From Phoronis australis (lineage: Eukaryota; Animalia; Phoronida): 64,000 nucleotides of DNA. The notes under the pieces are model-generated. The model saw only the letters and a program-made list of their open reading frames with translations, searched no databases and was not told the origin of the DNA. Of this stretch, positions 22,293 through 33,338 are shown one piece after another (within the stretch, counting starts at the first letter, position 1; every line of letters begins with the position of its first letter). Location of the stretch: NCBI GenBank assembly GCA_002633005.1, contig NMRA01000026.1, positions 829,073 to 893,072 of the forward strand, written 5' to 3'. A program made the position numbers and the translations under genes.

Positions 22293-25200
22293 TTAAACAA
22301 AATCCTTGTAGCGAGATGGTCTTGAAGTCTTTCGCTCAGATCTCCTGATGATGGACTCTGGTTCAGCTACTGCTGGTGTACTGCAAGAGTCCTCTGATGT
22401 GGCAGTAGATGTTGAGTGAGTAGGCGTGTCGTCGCTGAAATGTACACGTTTCGGCACCATGTCTCGCAAATGATGTCTATTACGGCGAAGCCTAGTGCCA
22501 TTTGGGGTTTCGACGATATAACTGTCCGGATTCTCATCTTGATGTACGATGGTACCCGGGCGCCAAGTCTTGGTTTCTTTGTCGAGGATTCTAACATGCT
22601 GACCACGAAACAAACTTGGAAGCGATTGTTTAAGGCATTGTTTGTCATGATGGTCCTTCATGTTTGTAGCTCGTTCATCCAATCTTCTGCGATGTGCATC
22701 CTCACCAGGTTCAGAGCGGCTCGGTAGAGTCGTGACTATTGGTCGGCCAAATAGCAATTCTGCTGGTGATGGAAGTTTTGCGTCAATCGGAGTGGCTCTG
22801 ATCTGAAGCATTGCTAAGGCGATATCAGACTTTTGTCGTAAGCACTTCTTCACAACGGACTTAATGTGTCTTACATGGCGTTCGATGAAGCCGTTGCTGC
22901 GGGAGTAGTGAGGTGAGCTGGTGACATGCTTGATGTCCCAAGAGGTGACAAATGCTTTGAAAGCTGGACCAGTGTATTGTGGTCCGTTGTCAGTCATAAT
23001 TTCGTCTGGTTTGCCAAACAGAGAGCAGTAGTCTCTAATCTTTGTGGTTATAGCATGACTGGTCACTGACGTTTTCATTTCGTCAACTACAGGGTATTTC
23101 GAATATCTGTCAACGGTCAGCAAGAAGTGTCTGCCATCAATCTCGAATAGGTCAGATGCGATTAACTGCCATGGTCTGGAAGGTATATCATGGGGCTTGA
23201 GTGGTTGTCGTGGATTGGCATCTTGGAACTCCTGGCAAAGTGGGCACGACTTGCATAGTCGCTCAATGTCTGCATTGATATTTACCCAGTATACACTTTC
23301 TCGGGCTAACCGTCGGGTCTTCTCGACGCCTTGGTGCCCTTCGTGGAGTTGCCGTAAGATGTCGTCTCTCATTTGTTCAGGTATCAGAACTTGTCGTCCC
23401 TTGAACAGGATTCCGGCTTCGACAGCTAGTTCGTCCCGGAAGGCCCAGTAGGGACGTGCCTGCTCAGGTAAGTCTTTTATGGTCTCGGGCCATCCTTGAT
23501 AGACAATCTCCTTGATCAGGTTCAGCGTAGAGTCTTGGGTGGTCTCCACTCTAAGTCTCTCTCTCTTGTGGTCAGAGAAGTTAATGATGGCCATGTCAAT
23601 GATCAGAGGATCATCGAGGTTCAGATTGATACCATCAATGCGTTCATCTAATTCGATTGTCGCACCATTTTCAGGGCTTGGTAGTCTACTCAGGGTATCG
23701 GCTAGAGTCATCTGGCTACCTGGTCTGTATACTACCTGGAAGTTGTACCCTTGTATCTTTAGTAGCATTCTTTGCAACCGTGGTGGAGCTGAGTGGAGTG
23801 GTTTCGAACATATACTGACAAGCGGCTTATGGTCAGTTATCACGAGGAATGAGGTTCCGTACAAGTAGGTGTGATACCTCTGTATGCCATACAAAATGGC
23901 TAACATTTCGCGCTCGATGTTGGAATATCGAGACTGACAGTCGGTGAGCGTTTTGGACCCAAATGCTACTGGTTTGCCATCTTGAGTCAGTGCCACTCCT
24001 AGTCCCTTCTGAGATGCGTCAACTTCAAGTAATATTGCTTTTTGCGGGTCGTAGTAGGACAGTTGGCAATCAGTGCTGACCAGACGCTTGAGATCATCGT
24101 AGCATTGCTGATAGGACGCATCCCACATCCAGGGTGTTTCAGATTTCAGAAGGTTGCGTAGTGTGTGTGCTTTGTCTGCAAATCTGGGGATGTATTGGGA
24201 AAGGTAATTCAGCATGCCTAGGAAACGCTGTAAGTCTTCCTTGTTCTGCGGCGTAGGCATCTGCTGAATGTCACGGATTTTAGAGGGATCAGGCTTTATC
24301 CCAGAGTCTGTGTATAGGTTGCCAAAGAAGGATATGCTACGCTGCTTGATTACGCATTTTGAGCTATTAAAAACGAGACCAGTTTGTGCAGCTCGTTCCA
24401 TGAGACAGCGTAAGTTGCGATCATGATCTTCTTCGTCTTTACCGAATACTGCCACATCGTCGGCAATGTTGACAACACCACTGAGTCCTTCAAGAATTTG
24501 GTCCATTCTTGCCTGGAATATGTCTTGAGATACGCTGAGGCCAAATGGAAGTCTGGTCCAACATACTCTGCCAAATGGAGTACGGCAGGTTGTCAGCAGT
24601 TGAGATTGTTCATCGAGGTGAACGGACCAATATCCGGCCTTGGCGTCAAGTTTGCTGAAGAACTTTGCGTTTGCGAATTCTGGATTCAGCTCTTCCAGGG
24701 TTGGTGTTTTGTGTGGACAGCGTTTCAGACTCCTGTTAAGTTTCTGGGGGTCTATGCAGACACGAAGTGACCCATCTTTTTTCGTGCTGTATACGAGGCT
24801 AGAGCACCAGTCGGTGTGTTCATCCACCTTGCGTAGCACACCCTGTTGGATTAAGTTTTCAATTTCTTGCCTGACTTTATCGCGCAGGTGGATGCTGATC
24901 TTTCGTGGGGGGTCGATAAATGGTTCCGCATCCGGTTTGAGAAGAAGCTTTGCCTTGCCGTCAAAGCTACCAATTTTATCAAACTGGTCAGGGTATGAGT
25001 TCTTCAGCTGTTCTTTGGTACTAAAGCGTGTCGTCTTCATACTGTCGGCATGTATTGTGATGAGCCTGAGTTTCTCACAAGTAGGTAGACCGACAACAGC
25101 TGGGCCAGGTACATCCACAACGTAGAACGTTGCAGGGACCCATGTAGAATCACGGTACTGGCAATCAATGTTGATCTGGCCAAGACATGGGATGGTGTCA

Positions 25201-26321
25201 CCGCTGTATGAGGTGAGTGTTACGTGTTGCGCAGGATGCAGGATCTTGAGCATGTCTGGGGACTGGCCATACATCTGTCTGAAAGTACGAAGTGGTAATG
25301 TGTTGCCTGATGCACCAGAATCTATCTTCAATTTCAGTGTGTGGCTGATTGAGGAGTTCATATTGGGTGGTTTGATGTTAAGGGTGGTGTATGCTTCATC
25401 TCGTGTCATACTGTCTAGGCATTTAGTGCTCACAGTGACTGAATAGAAATGCTTTTGGTAAGTCTCGTCGTCAGTGTCGTCAATAGCATCGATGTTTTTG
25501 TGAGACTTCTTCTGCCGGTACGAGTCGTGGTTCTGATCAGACCGAGTTCTCGATTTGCTGCGTCGTCCTCGGGAAGAATGACGTCGCTGTTGCTGCTGTT
25601 GTTGTTGTTGTTGTGCTTTGCGTTTTTTTCTACAGCAAGCTGCCCAGTGCCCCTTGAATCCACATGACTCACACGTGTCGAAGTAGGCTGGACATTGTCT
25701 GGGTTTGTGGTTCAGACCGCAGTTTCTACAGGATCGGTTTCGGCTTTCCCTGGTCACGCCATGAACTTTTTCAGTGGCAAGGCCCATCTGCTGCAATTGA
25801 TTGTTGCCAGCGCTCATGGCTTCATATTTCCGACCTTCAATTAGTATGTCGGATAGCTTGGCACCCTTAGGTTTTCCATACAACTCTGTGCGGAAGGCAT
25901 CGTATGGGGTACTGGCTATGATGAGTTCCAGCACACGTTCACCAAGTTCTTCATCCGAAAAATCACATTTCAGGGCCAATGTGCGTGCACGGGTCACAAA
26001 GTCATCAAGGTTTTCATTGGGTTTTTGCCTGTACTGCATTAGTTGTAGACGGTGTATACGGAAATTAACTGATATCCTGAGCTGACTCTCAAAAAATTTC
26101 CAAAGTTCAACTGGTTTACTTTTGTCAGCGTCGGTTAACCCACTGGCATTCAGTCGCTTCAAACCTTCATCCCCGATACCACGGAGAATTTTACGTGCCT
26201 GCTTACCTGCGTCCACTATTTCCTCGTCTTCTATGTATAGTGACATTTTTTGTTTAAATAACGCAAGGTTCTCACTGATATCGTCGCCGTCCCAGGCCAT
26301 CTTCGGTATGGAGGCCGCCAT
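22293..26321 (-). CDS. Gag-Pol polyprotein (Gag with two zinc knuckles, aspartic protease, RT, RNase H, integrase), 1342 aa
   Basis: CRNCGLNH..C and CESCGFKGHWAAC knuckles; KIDSGAS protease; LPFGL...IADD RT; EVDAS RNase H; HEGH..C..C plus DLF/DNG/E integrase. Order PR-RT-RH-IN is the Ty3/Gypsy order. Confidence 0.97.
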   Translation of the reverse strand: MAASIPKMAWDGDDISENLALFKQKMSLYIEDEEIVDAGKQARKILRGIGDEGLKRLNASGLTDADKSKPVELWKFFESQLRISVNFRIHRLQLMQYRQKPNENLDDFVTRARTLALKCDFSDEELGERVLELIIASTPYDAFRTELYGKPKGAKLSDILIEGRKYEAMSAGNNQLQQMGLATEKVHGVTRESRNRSCRNCGLNHKPRQCPAYFDTCESCGFKGHWAACCRKKRKAQQQQQQQQQRRHSSRGRRSKSRTRSDQNHDSYRQKKSHKNIDAIDDTDDETYQKHFYSVTVSTKCLDSMTRDEAYTTLNIKPPNMNSSISHTLKLKIDSGASGNTLPLRTFRQMYGQSPDMLKILHPAQHVTLTSYSGDTIPCLGQINIDCQYRDSTWVPATFYVVDVPGPAVVGLPTCEKLRLITIHADSMKTTRFSTKEQLKNSYPDQFDKIGSFDGKAKLLLKPDAEPFIDPPRKISIHLRDKVRQEIENLIQQGVLRKVDEHTDWCSSLVYSTKKDGSLRVCIDPQKLNRSLKRCPHKTPTLEELNPEFANAKFFSKLDAKAGYWSVHLDEQSQLLTTCRTPFGRVCWTRLPFGLSVSQDIFQARMDQILEGLSGVVNIADDVAVFGKDEEDHDRNLRCLMERAAQTGLVFNSSKCVIKQRSISFFGNLYTDSGIKPDPSKIRDIQQMPTPQNKEDLQRFLGMLNYLSQYIPRFADKAHTLRNLLKSETPWMWDASYQQCYDDLKRLVSTDCQLSYYDPQKAILLEVDASQKGLGVALTQDGKPVAFGSKTLTDCQSRYSNIEREMLAILYGIQRYHTYLYGTSFLVITDHKPLVSICSKPLHSAPPRLQRMLLKIQGYNFQVVYRPGSQMTLADTLSRLPSPENGATIELDERIDGINLNLDDPLIIDMAIINFSDHKRERLRVETTQDSTLNLIKEIVYQGWPETIKDLPEQARPYWAFRDELAVEAGILFKGRQVLIPEQMRDDILRQLHEGHQGVEKTRRLARESVYWVNINADIERLCKSCPLCQEFQDANPRQPLKPHDIPSRPWQLIASDLFEIDGRHFLLTVDRYSKYPVVDEMKTSVTSHAITTKIRDYCSLFGKPDEIMTDNGPQYTGPAFKAFVTSWDIKHVTSSPHYSRSNGFIERHVRHIKSVVKKCLRQKSDIALAMLQIRATPIDAKLPSPAELLFGRPIVTTLPSRSEPGEDAHRRRLDERATNMKDHHDKQCLKQSLPSLFRGQHVRILDKETKTWRPGTIVHQDENPDSYIVETPNGTRLRRNRHHLRDMVPKRVHFSDDTPTHSTSTATSEDSCSTPAVAEPESIIRRSERKTSRPSRYKDFV

Positions 26322-26749
26322 ATTTGTTTTGATCCGGGGTCAAATGTCACAGGCACAGAGGTCGCAGACGGTCACTTGCACTGATCTAATTATAGGTCGT
26401 CTGGGAATGTGGGAGTGACAAATTTCAGGCACAGTCTGCGAGAGACAATGGCGATTAGGTGTCAGTCCGCGTGACAATGAATTCCGTGTTTCTCCTATCC
26501 TCGGACAGGAATAAAACGTTGGTAGTATAATGATCACTGAATACCGATTGTCCGTTCAGAACAGTTGTTTCTTGCACTTACGTCTGCTGGTTGACGGACA
26601 GGTACGATAGGGTTTGCAGACAAGGGCGCGTCACGGCTTCACGTTGTCCGGCTCCCGGTAGATGCACGAAAATTAGTTTCTGCACTTCTCCAAAGTCCAT
26701 TTATTTGCACAACATCGGTCCTGGCAATCACAGGTATGATTGTGTTTTT

Positions 26750-26762
26750 ACCGTTGCCACCA
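26750..26762 (-). promoter_or_regulatory. Primer-binding site, tRNA-Leu-like
   Basis: TGGTGGCAACGGT directly after the 5' LTR; close to the complement of a tRNA-Leu 3' end (..ACCGCUGCCACCA). Confidence 0.75.
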
Positions 26763-26907
26763 TGAAGTATTATCTGGCCGGTTAGAGGCGATAATGAAGA
26801 CACCAGGTTTAGAACAGTAGGTTTATATTTGAAGACTAAGTACCGAGAGAACTACTTCCTTCACAGCAATATATGACTACGCTACATAGTAATACGATAC
26901 TACAACA
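26763..26907 (-). repeat. 5' LTR (145 bp)
   Basis: Same sequence as 22032-22176. Confidence 0.95.
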
Positions 26908-27734
26908 GGAACTGCCACCCGGGATGGGGGGTGGGGAAAAAATGAAGAGAACGAACGTAGGTCTTGTAGACGACGAGGTAGGTGGCTGAATGAGAGACCA
27001 CGTTGAACAGAACAAAGGAAATATGGGCGACCAATCAGGAGTCGCGTAGAGAAACGTATGAATACAAAAGTAGGCCCTTAAGAGGCTATAAATAGAGATG
27101 AGTAATGCAAAATAAACCCTAAGGACTGGTATCAAAATAAAGAGACAAGTGTCAAAATAATGACGATAAATGCATTTAACAAGTTAAATTTAATTTATCG
27201 TAATCTATTTTGCCCGGGGTACTCCACGAGCTATGTTGCAGAGTAAAACAAGAGGAGGATTGGGAATATTTGTCATTTATTATGACGTAATAGATAAAAC
27301 TAACTAAGACTCTGCAAGATGGGCATGCACAAAACGCCATAATGGCAGCACGGGAATGCTGACATCGCCCATCCGATGTTTTAAAATGAAGTTTGCTTGT
27401 GTTAAAACCATGTTTCGTGACGTAGAATGAATAAATAATCATAATCTACAAGAAAAACTGACCCAATTTTCACCCAATGCGACTATAATTGCAGTGGCTG
27501 GCCACGAAATATGATTCCCAACTTGAACACTCAATTTGAGTTGCTGGGTCCCATATGAACTTTGCTGTGGAAACTTAACACCCCAAATGTTTACTTTGGA
27601 CAATAGAAAAAGCAGGAAGCCTGCAAATGACCCAGACAGATGTTGCATAACTCAAAGTGGCTCCTTTAGATTCTGAAGAAAACTTGATGGTAACTCTTCA
27701 CATACTTACACCTGAATGCTCAGATTAATGTCCT

Positions 27735-27920
27735 GGGCAGTTAAACTGGGAAACCCAAAAATTTGGATACAGGCGGTTAACCAGACATGGGTGCTTCAAC
27801 TTGAAATTTCAAGAAATCGTGCGTGGGGCGGTTAACCGAACAGTGGGCGCTCAAATCACAAATCCACCTAAAGTTGGGGATGGGCGGTTCAGTGAACATG
27901 GGCGTTAACCCGAACGAAGC
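27735..27920 (-). mobile_element. Terminal fragment of a Tc1/mariner-like MITE with GGGCGGTTAAC subterminal repeats
   Basis: Reverse complement aligns by eye with 45483-45675. Confidence 0.6.
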
Positions 27921-28404
27921 ATACAAACATGACCGACAAGTGCAATTATTTTGTCAAATTTTAGTGTTGATAAAAATAAAGTTCACAAAAATGTTTGTCC
28001 ATTGTTAGCTTGACTAATGTACTGCGTAGATGTCGATCATAACACAACATTTGGTAAAAGTTTCCAATTACCTGCAACAAGGTAACCAGCCTTTGGAAAA
28101 AGGGAAAATGACAATTTTGAAAAAACAAATTTGTGCGGTAGAAGTGAAAAATTACCCTATTTCCTTACAGTATCCCAAAAACGATGGGATCTAAAGATGA
28201 ACAGCATTCAGTTTTCCAGTTTTCATAATTCGAGTGATTTCATCTACTTGCTCAATTAGCAGCGCTGATTTCATTTTTGAAATGCATTGTGGGCTGGTTA
28301 GCCATTACCAATTAAGACCATGTTTGCAGCAAGCTTGTAGCAAACATGTATTTGTCATTTTAGCTCACTAGGATTAAATGAAGGGTCCACCTAGTCAGCA
28401 TTAG

Positions 28405-28530
28405 CTTTCCCTAGTACCACCTAGTGATTACATCTAGTGAGTACATCTAGTGAGTACACCTAGTGAGTACACCCAGTGAGTACACTAGCACCACCTAGTG
28501 AGCATCAACTCTCACTAGCACCACCTGGTA
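28405..28530. repeat. Short tandem repeat, 13-14-bp unit (CTAGTGAGTACAC/T)
   Basis: ctagtgattacat ctagtgagtacat ctagtgagtacac ctagtgagtacac ccagtgagtaca... Confidence 0.85.
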
Positions 28531-28558
28531 AATATGGCTACCATTTCTGACTACCTAC

Positions 28559-28690
28559 CACCAGAGGGCTTCACTTCATTGCCATCCAAGAACCAGGTCA
28601 CCTCTGGAGGCTCCTGGTCATCACGGCTGGTCACTTCACAAATTAGATGGACCTCTTCACCTATGTCCACGCCACCCAAACCCTCTATAG
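28559..28690 (-). CDS. Gene 2 exon: first half of Ig domain 2
   Basis: tgattgtttgcag|CT...GGTG|gtaggt; phase 1-1; (P)IEGLGGVDIGEEVHLICEVTSRDDQEPPEVTWFLDGNEVKPSG, with the Ig Cys and Trp. Not in the ORF track. Confidence 0.88.
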
Positions 28691-28769
28691 CTGCAAACAA
28701 TCATAAATCATTCTAAAGCTTCAATGATTCACGGTCTTTAATACACAAGCTAACAATTAATTTAGACCA

Positions 28770-29430
28770 CCTCTGGGCGAGGACAAAACTGGCAGGTTGT
28801 TATTTTGGAGACCGTGCTCTGCGGAAAGCATGATCCGCCATAAACAAGCCAACTTGTTGAGAATGGTTAGATCAGCCAATAGGAACCCACTTCGTCCCAG
28901 GTCTAGAAATCTCTTTATGATCGACATATGTCCCGGATAATAGATAAATGATACGTGCGTCGCAAGCTCGTTACCAGAGATGAAAGGAGACTGATGTAGG
29001 CGATATAAGGTCATTTATTATGACTAGTACAATTACAATAAAATGAATACGGGTAAATAAGTATAATAGGTAATCTCTGGTAAGATGGGCAATAAAAAGC
29101 GCCGGCCACGTGGAAGTACGAAAGAATGACGAAAACTGGGAGGAAGAGGGTGGGAAAATTGAATGAGTTTTTGACATACGACAATGTGGCCGGAACAAAG
29201 TGAATTCAAAGAGAGGTTACAATAACAAAGTAAAACGCCCCTAAAGACACGTGACAATCATCAGCCTATAAGAGCCAAGAGCTGACCAAACTCGAGGCAC
29301 GTGATAACAACAGGCCAATGCGAAGGCTGGAAAAACGTCGTGTAGTCCTGCACGAGGGAATAATGGAATAGACCAAGATGAGGGGGAAAAGGAGTAAGGC
29401 GAGTCCATATGCTCACATAAATATATTTAA
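28770..29430 (-). mobile_element. Diverged relative of the 20786-27338 repeat element
   Basis: Shares GTCATTTATTATGAC, AAGATGGGCA..AAAA.CGCC and an enclosing inverted repeat; purine-rich plus strand. Boundaries approximate. Confidence 0.5.
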
Positions 29431-30872
29431 CGAGTGAAATACCATTTTCCTCTGACAAAGCAAAAAAAATCATTTTTATTTGTAAGGGGTCTAAATCAGG
29501 AGTTAAGTGCCTTGAAGCTCGGATTTCGAGTAGCTTTAAGTCAATCACAGCTGCTCATTTGATAATAAGTCTTGCGTCATGAACACTTCAATTTGCAAAC
29601 AGCTATTTGTCTGGCTGAAGCATCAGCAAAATGGTCGTCACCAAAAATGAATTCAGTAGTCATAGCCTGGCAACATTGTGGAGATCAAATCATGCTAATG
29701 TTGCACAAATAGGGATATTCTTCCTTTGTTCAGCACACTGAAAATGGCCAGCAAGCGAAATTATCTTTCATCAAAATTCTTCACAAAATAAACACAAGGC
29801 AAATTTTAGACAGCTATTAGCAATTAGTTTACACTGAGTAGATGTCAAAAAAACAACATTAGCTAATAAAAGTTTTCTCTATTTGTAGCAAAGTTTTCAG
29901 GCTTTGTAAACGGAAAACTGGCAACTATGGCAAACCATATTTTTGTGTGAAGTAAGAGCAGAATTATCATTTCTGTCACACAAAAGTCACTATTCAAACT
30001 AAAAGTCTGACCCAAATGGCGCGATGTCTCTTACAATACTTACTGGGCACTGGCTTGGCAGGTCTGGCTGGAAATATAAAAAACAATGTCTTATCGAAAA
30101 AGAGAAGTACTGATGTAAGACCACATGGTAAATACACCTAAAGCCACTCATAAAATGTTGGTTATCTCCCCATGCCCTAACCCTTAGTCCGCTAAGATGG
30201 ATAGGTTGGTCAGGTTTAAAACAATCTCTACTTTTCGCTGCAGCGTTGTGATCACTTTTGTTACAAAAATATTTCACTTCTACAACCAACAAAAATGATT
30301 CGTTTTCAAGTTTTCAAAAAATATATACTTTTGCCTTCTATAGACAACTCTAAATCACAATAGTTCAAGACAAAATCACCAACTTTAAACTAGAACAAAT
30401 CGCCTTCATTGCGAGTAATTGCGTGATAGAACCTCAGATGATGAATTCCACTCTGATCAAAAGTAGAGGAGTATGTGAAAAAAGGTGCTATGTGGAGTTT
30501 GGAGTTGTATTAAAGAACTCCTAAACTTGTCTTTGGTGCGAGTCTATAAGGAGAGGGATTTTCACATTTAAAACTTCACAACAATTGACCACAACAGTCC
30601 TGTTCATGCCAGTCTATTTCCGGAACATTGTCCCAGATTTTTTTTGCAAAACTTTTACTTGAATGAACAAAGCTGTTTCTTCTGCAATTTTTTCTTTCAC
30701 AATTTTTGTTCACGTGCTGCACACTGATAAATCTTCAAGGTTCAGCATACAAATTCTGGACATTACTCCGCAAAAAGACTCGCATTAACAGGCTAAACAT
30801 CACAACAGCAGGATGTCATGTGACAATTGGACGATAACAAAAAGAACTTATAACAATCTACCAGACTATTAA

Positions 30873-31112
30873 CATAGTTGCCAACATTCCAATCGGAAAA
30901 AGCAGGACATCTGTATCTAGAATAACCCACAGGAAGTGTCCACTGAAACAATCCCCAAAACATTTTTCTTAGTCGTCACTCCATGAAACAAACACAGAAA
31001 TCAGCATAAACTCATTGGTGTGAGTATGAAGTCACCGTCTCGTGTCCAAAAGCGGGACATTATGACAATCTGGCAGTGCAGTCCTGCCAAAAGCGGACAG
31101 TTGACAACTATG
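30873..31112. mobile_element. hAT-like MITE
   Basis: TIR CATAGTTGCCAAC ... GTTGACAACTATG; internal (g)ggaca repeats; no clear TSD. Confidence 0.55.
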
Positions 31113-32690
31113 TTCAAACAGAAATTAAAATTTTTATTATTACGGATCATCCTGTTTTACTTAGATTGACCTTTTTAGAGACAGAAACCGTGTGAAAAAA
31201 CTCCTTTCAGCAGATAGCAATATATTAAGTTACATTTCCTGTCACCAGGTGCGGAGGAGGCACCAAATAAATTTCTACTCGGGAGGGGGGATGTATGACG
31301 TCTGCCTCAGTTCATCCATAAAAAGGTCAACAAAAAAATGTGTAACAAAGAAGTGGTCAATTGGCACAGTATGACAACAAGGTGCAGGGTATTAATGCCT
31401 GAAGAAACTCAGTGTAGCAGACTTCTCAAACCAGCAGCAGCGGACACCAAACATGCCGAGTGCTGTGGTCCCGGGATACTTCAGGGATGTGCCGCTAAAT
31501 AGGGCAGGATCAACCAACCCTCATCGTGCCATCATACGATTTGAGAAGGCTCGGATCAGAATCTAATTTTTGCGAAAACAGAAGTTTCCAGTGTGAGAAA
31601 ACATTTTCAGGTGGCAAGTCTGACATAACCGTGAACAATGTATTTTTTTCAACTTTTCAGCGGCGCACCCCATTTAAACCCCGGTATGGTGCTGGTGGCA
31701 TGCACATGATACCTTGCGTTTCTGACAACCAATCAGCTGCACCTAAACCAGTAGACCATAGAACTTGTCCACATTAATGAGGTTATGCACACATCTTCAC
31801 TCAGGGGCAAGACCACCCCAAAACTGGGTGCCACACCATTAAGGCTTCATATTATTAAAACAATGTCCTCAGTAAGAGTTTTATGGTTTGTGTACCTTTT
31901 TAACCAGAAACAGATTTTGAATGAAAGTAACCTTCTTAGGTTTTAAGACAAAAATCCAATATCTATACTATACATGCATGTGCGATGGGCTGGGCTTTCC
32001 CGTATGACCAATTCGGAGCCAAATTAGAAAATAGCGTAAGTTCGGTGATACGCAGATGACGAGATGATCTGTCCAACAAGGTTGATTCAGCTTACAACAA
32101 AAGTCAAGTGACTTCCACTACTTCAACAAAATTGTGCTCAGAGTTTCCCCATTTCAAGAATTAAGGTCAGGGACAGAACACATTTTCTTCATCCCACACG
32201 CCAATGTAAACTCCACATAATTGTTGTTTGGTTTATTCTGAAATGCAATTACAGTGTTTTTACATTAAACCTTTCTATTGAAAACAAAGAATGCTGCTTT
32301 ATGGGCAATACCGAATGACACTTAAAGGGGCATTTCCACGCGACTCACACAATACTTGTCCATACCCTGCAACGAAATGATTTCCAGGCCTGAACTAACC
32401 CCGTTCAGGGATTCTTGGGAACCCAGAGTATCGAAAATCCTTCAACTTTGAAAGGGTTAGCCAAAATTTGTATGCAACACTTTATATTTTATAACTTATT
32501 TTGACGTTAGGAAACCACTTGCTATAGTGACAAGGAAGCTTTGGAGATCTGTTCCTAAGAGCTAATCTGCACATTTTCAATTTCAATGAATAGCAGAAAA
32601 TGTCCTTTTACTTAAAATTACAAAAGTTATATTCAATCATATTGCAATTAGTCGTATACCTAATCTCAAGTCCTTTAGTCGCGTACTCAC

Positions 32691-32904
32691 GTAGTATATT
32701 TAGTTGAATATAGCGTCTCATGGGTGGATCAGTTGGAACCTGACACTCGTACAGGCCATCGTCCCTTCCGCGCCAAACCCCGTCAATAAACAGGTCCCAG
32801 TTGTTCTTGCCTTGGTCATGCTTGACACTGAACCGCGAGTCACTTATGAACACATCGGTACCTATACTGAGAGCTGCTTTCCTGTTTTTCAATCTCCAAA
32901 TAAT
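32691..32904 (-). CDS. Gene 2 exon: main part of Ig domain 1 (Dpr-like V-set)
   Basis: cttgcttttcag|ATT...CTAC|gtgagt; IIWRLKNRKAALSIGTDVFISDSRFSVKHDQGKNNWDLFIDGVWRGRDDGLYECQVPTDPPMRRYIQLNIL. The D.RF, W.L.I and D.G.YECQV..P motifs are typical of Dpr/DIP-type Ig1. Confidence 0.92.
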
Positions 32905-33338
32905 CTGAAAAGCAAGAAGCTAGTGTAATTATATAAACCATAATTAACACCATTCTGTTGTTAGATCACAGATTTAAAACTATCAGAATGGATAAGAAGG
33001 CTTAGCACAATGGTGAATTTCAAATCACTTTGCATACTTTTGCGTGTACTGTAGTTATTGAATTACGATTACATAATACATGGCACACCTGAGCGAACTG
33101 CTACCTATTCTCAATGTCCTTACTTGGTGCACACCTGCAACTAATATGTTATTCAAGTTTATTCAAGTCTTTAGGTTCACAAACGATCTCACCACCCGGC
33201 GCTCACAATCTGACACGCAACTCCCATGCTGATACAGCAATTTTCAATTAAGTTACCAAAATACCGTGTAGCATCATTGAACACAGAAAAGGAAGACGGC
33301 AAACAAGTTCCCATCTCGTCTGTTGACTGTTTACAAAC

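Larger units (their letters stand above)
22032..26907 (-). mobile_element. Full-length Ty3/Gypsy LTR retrotransposon (Mag-like)
   Basis: Identical TG..CA LTRs, 5-bp TSD GGAAC (22027-22031, 26908-26912), PBS, PPT and an uninterrupted gag-pol. Confidence 0.97.
20786..27338 (-). mobile_element. Direct-repeat (B-A-B) retroelement end, Ngaro/DIRS- or Penelope-like, interrupted by an assembly gap and the Gypsy insertion
   Basis: 146-bp direct repeats at 20786-20931 and 27193-27338 (one mismatch seen). The intervening segment is split by the LTR element at the GGAAC TSD. No TG..CA termini. Confidence 0.5.

Noticed and set aside
22367-26418. Multiple short ORFs overlapping the gag-pol
   Set aside because: They are antisense or alternative-frame shadows of the long ORF with no independent motifs.
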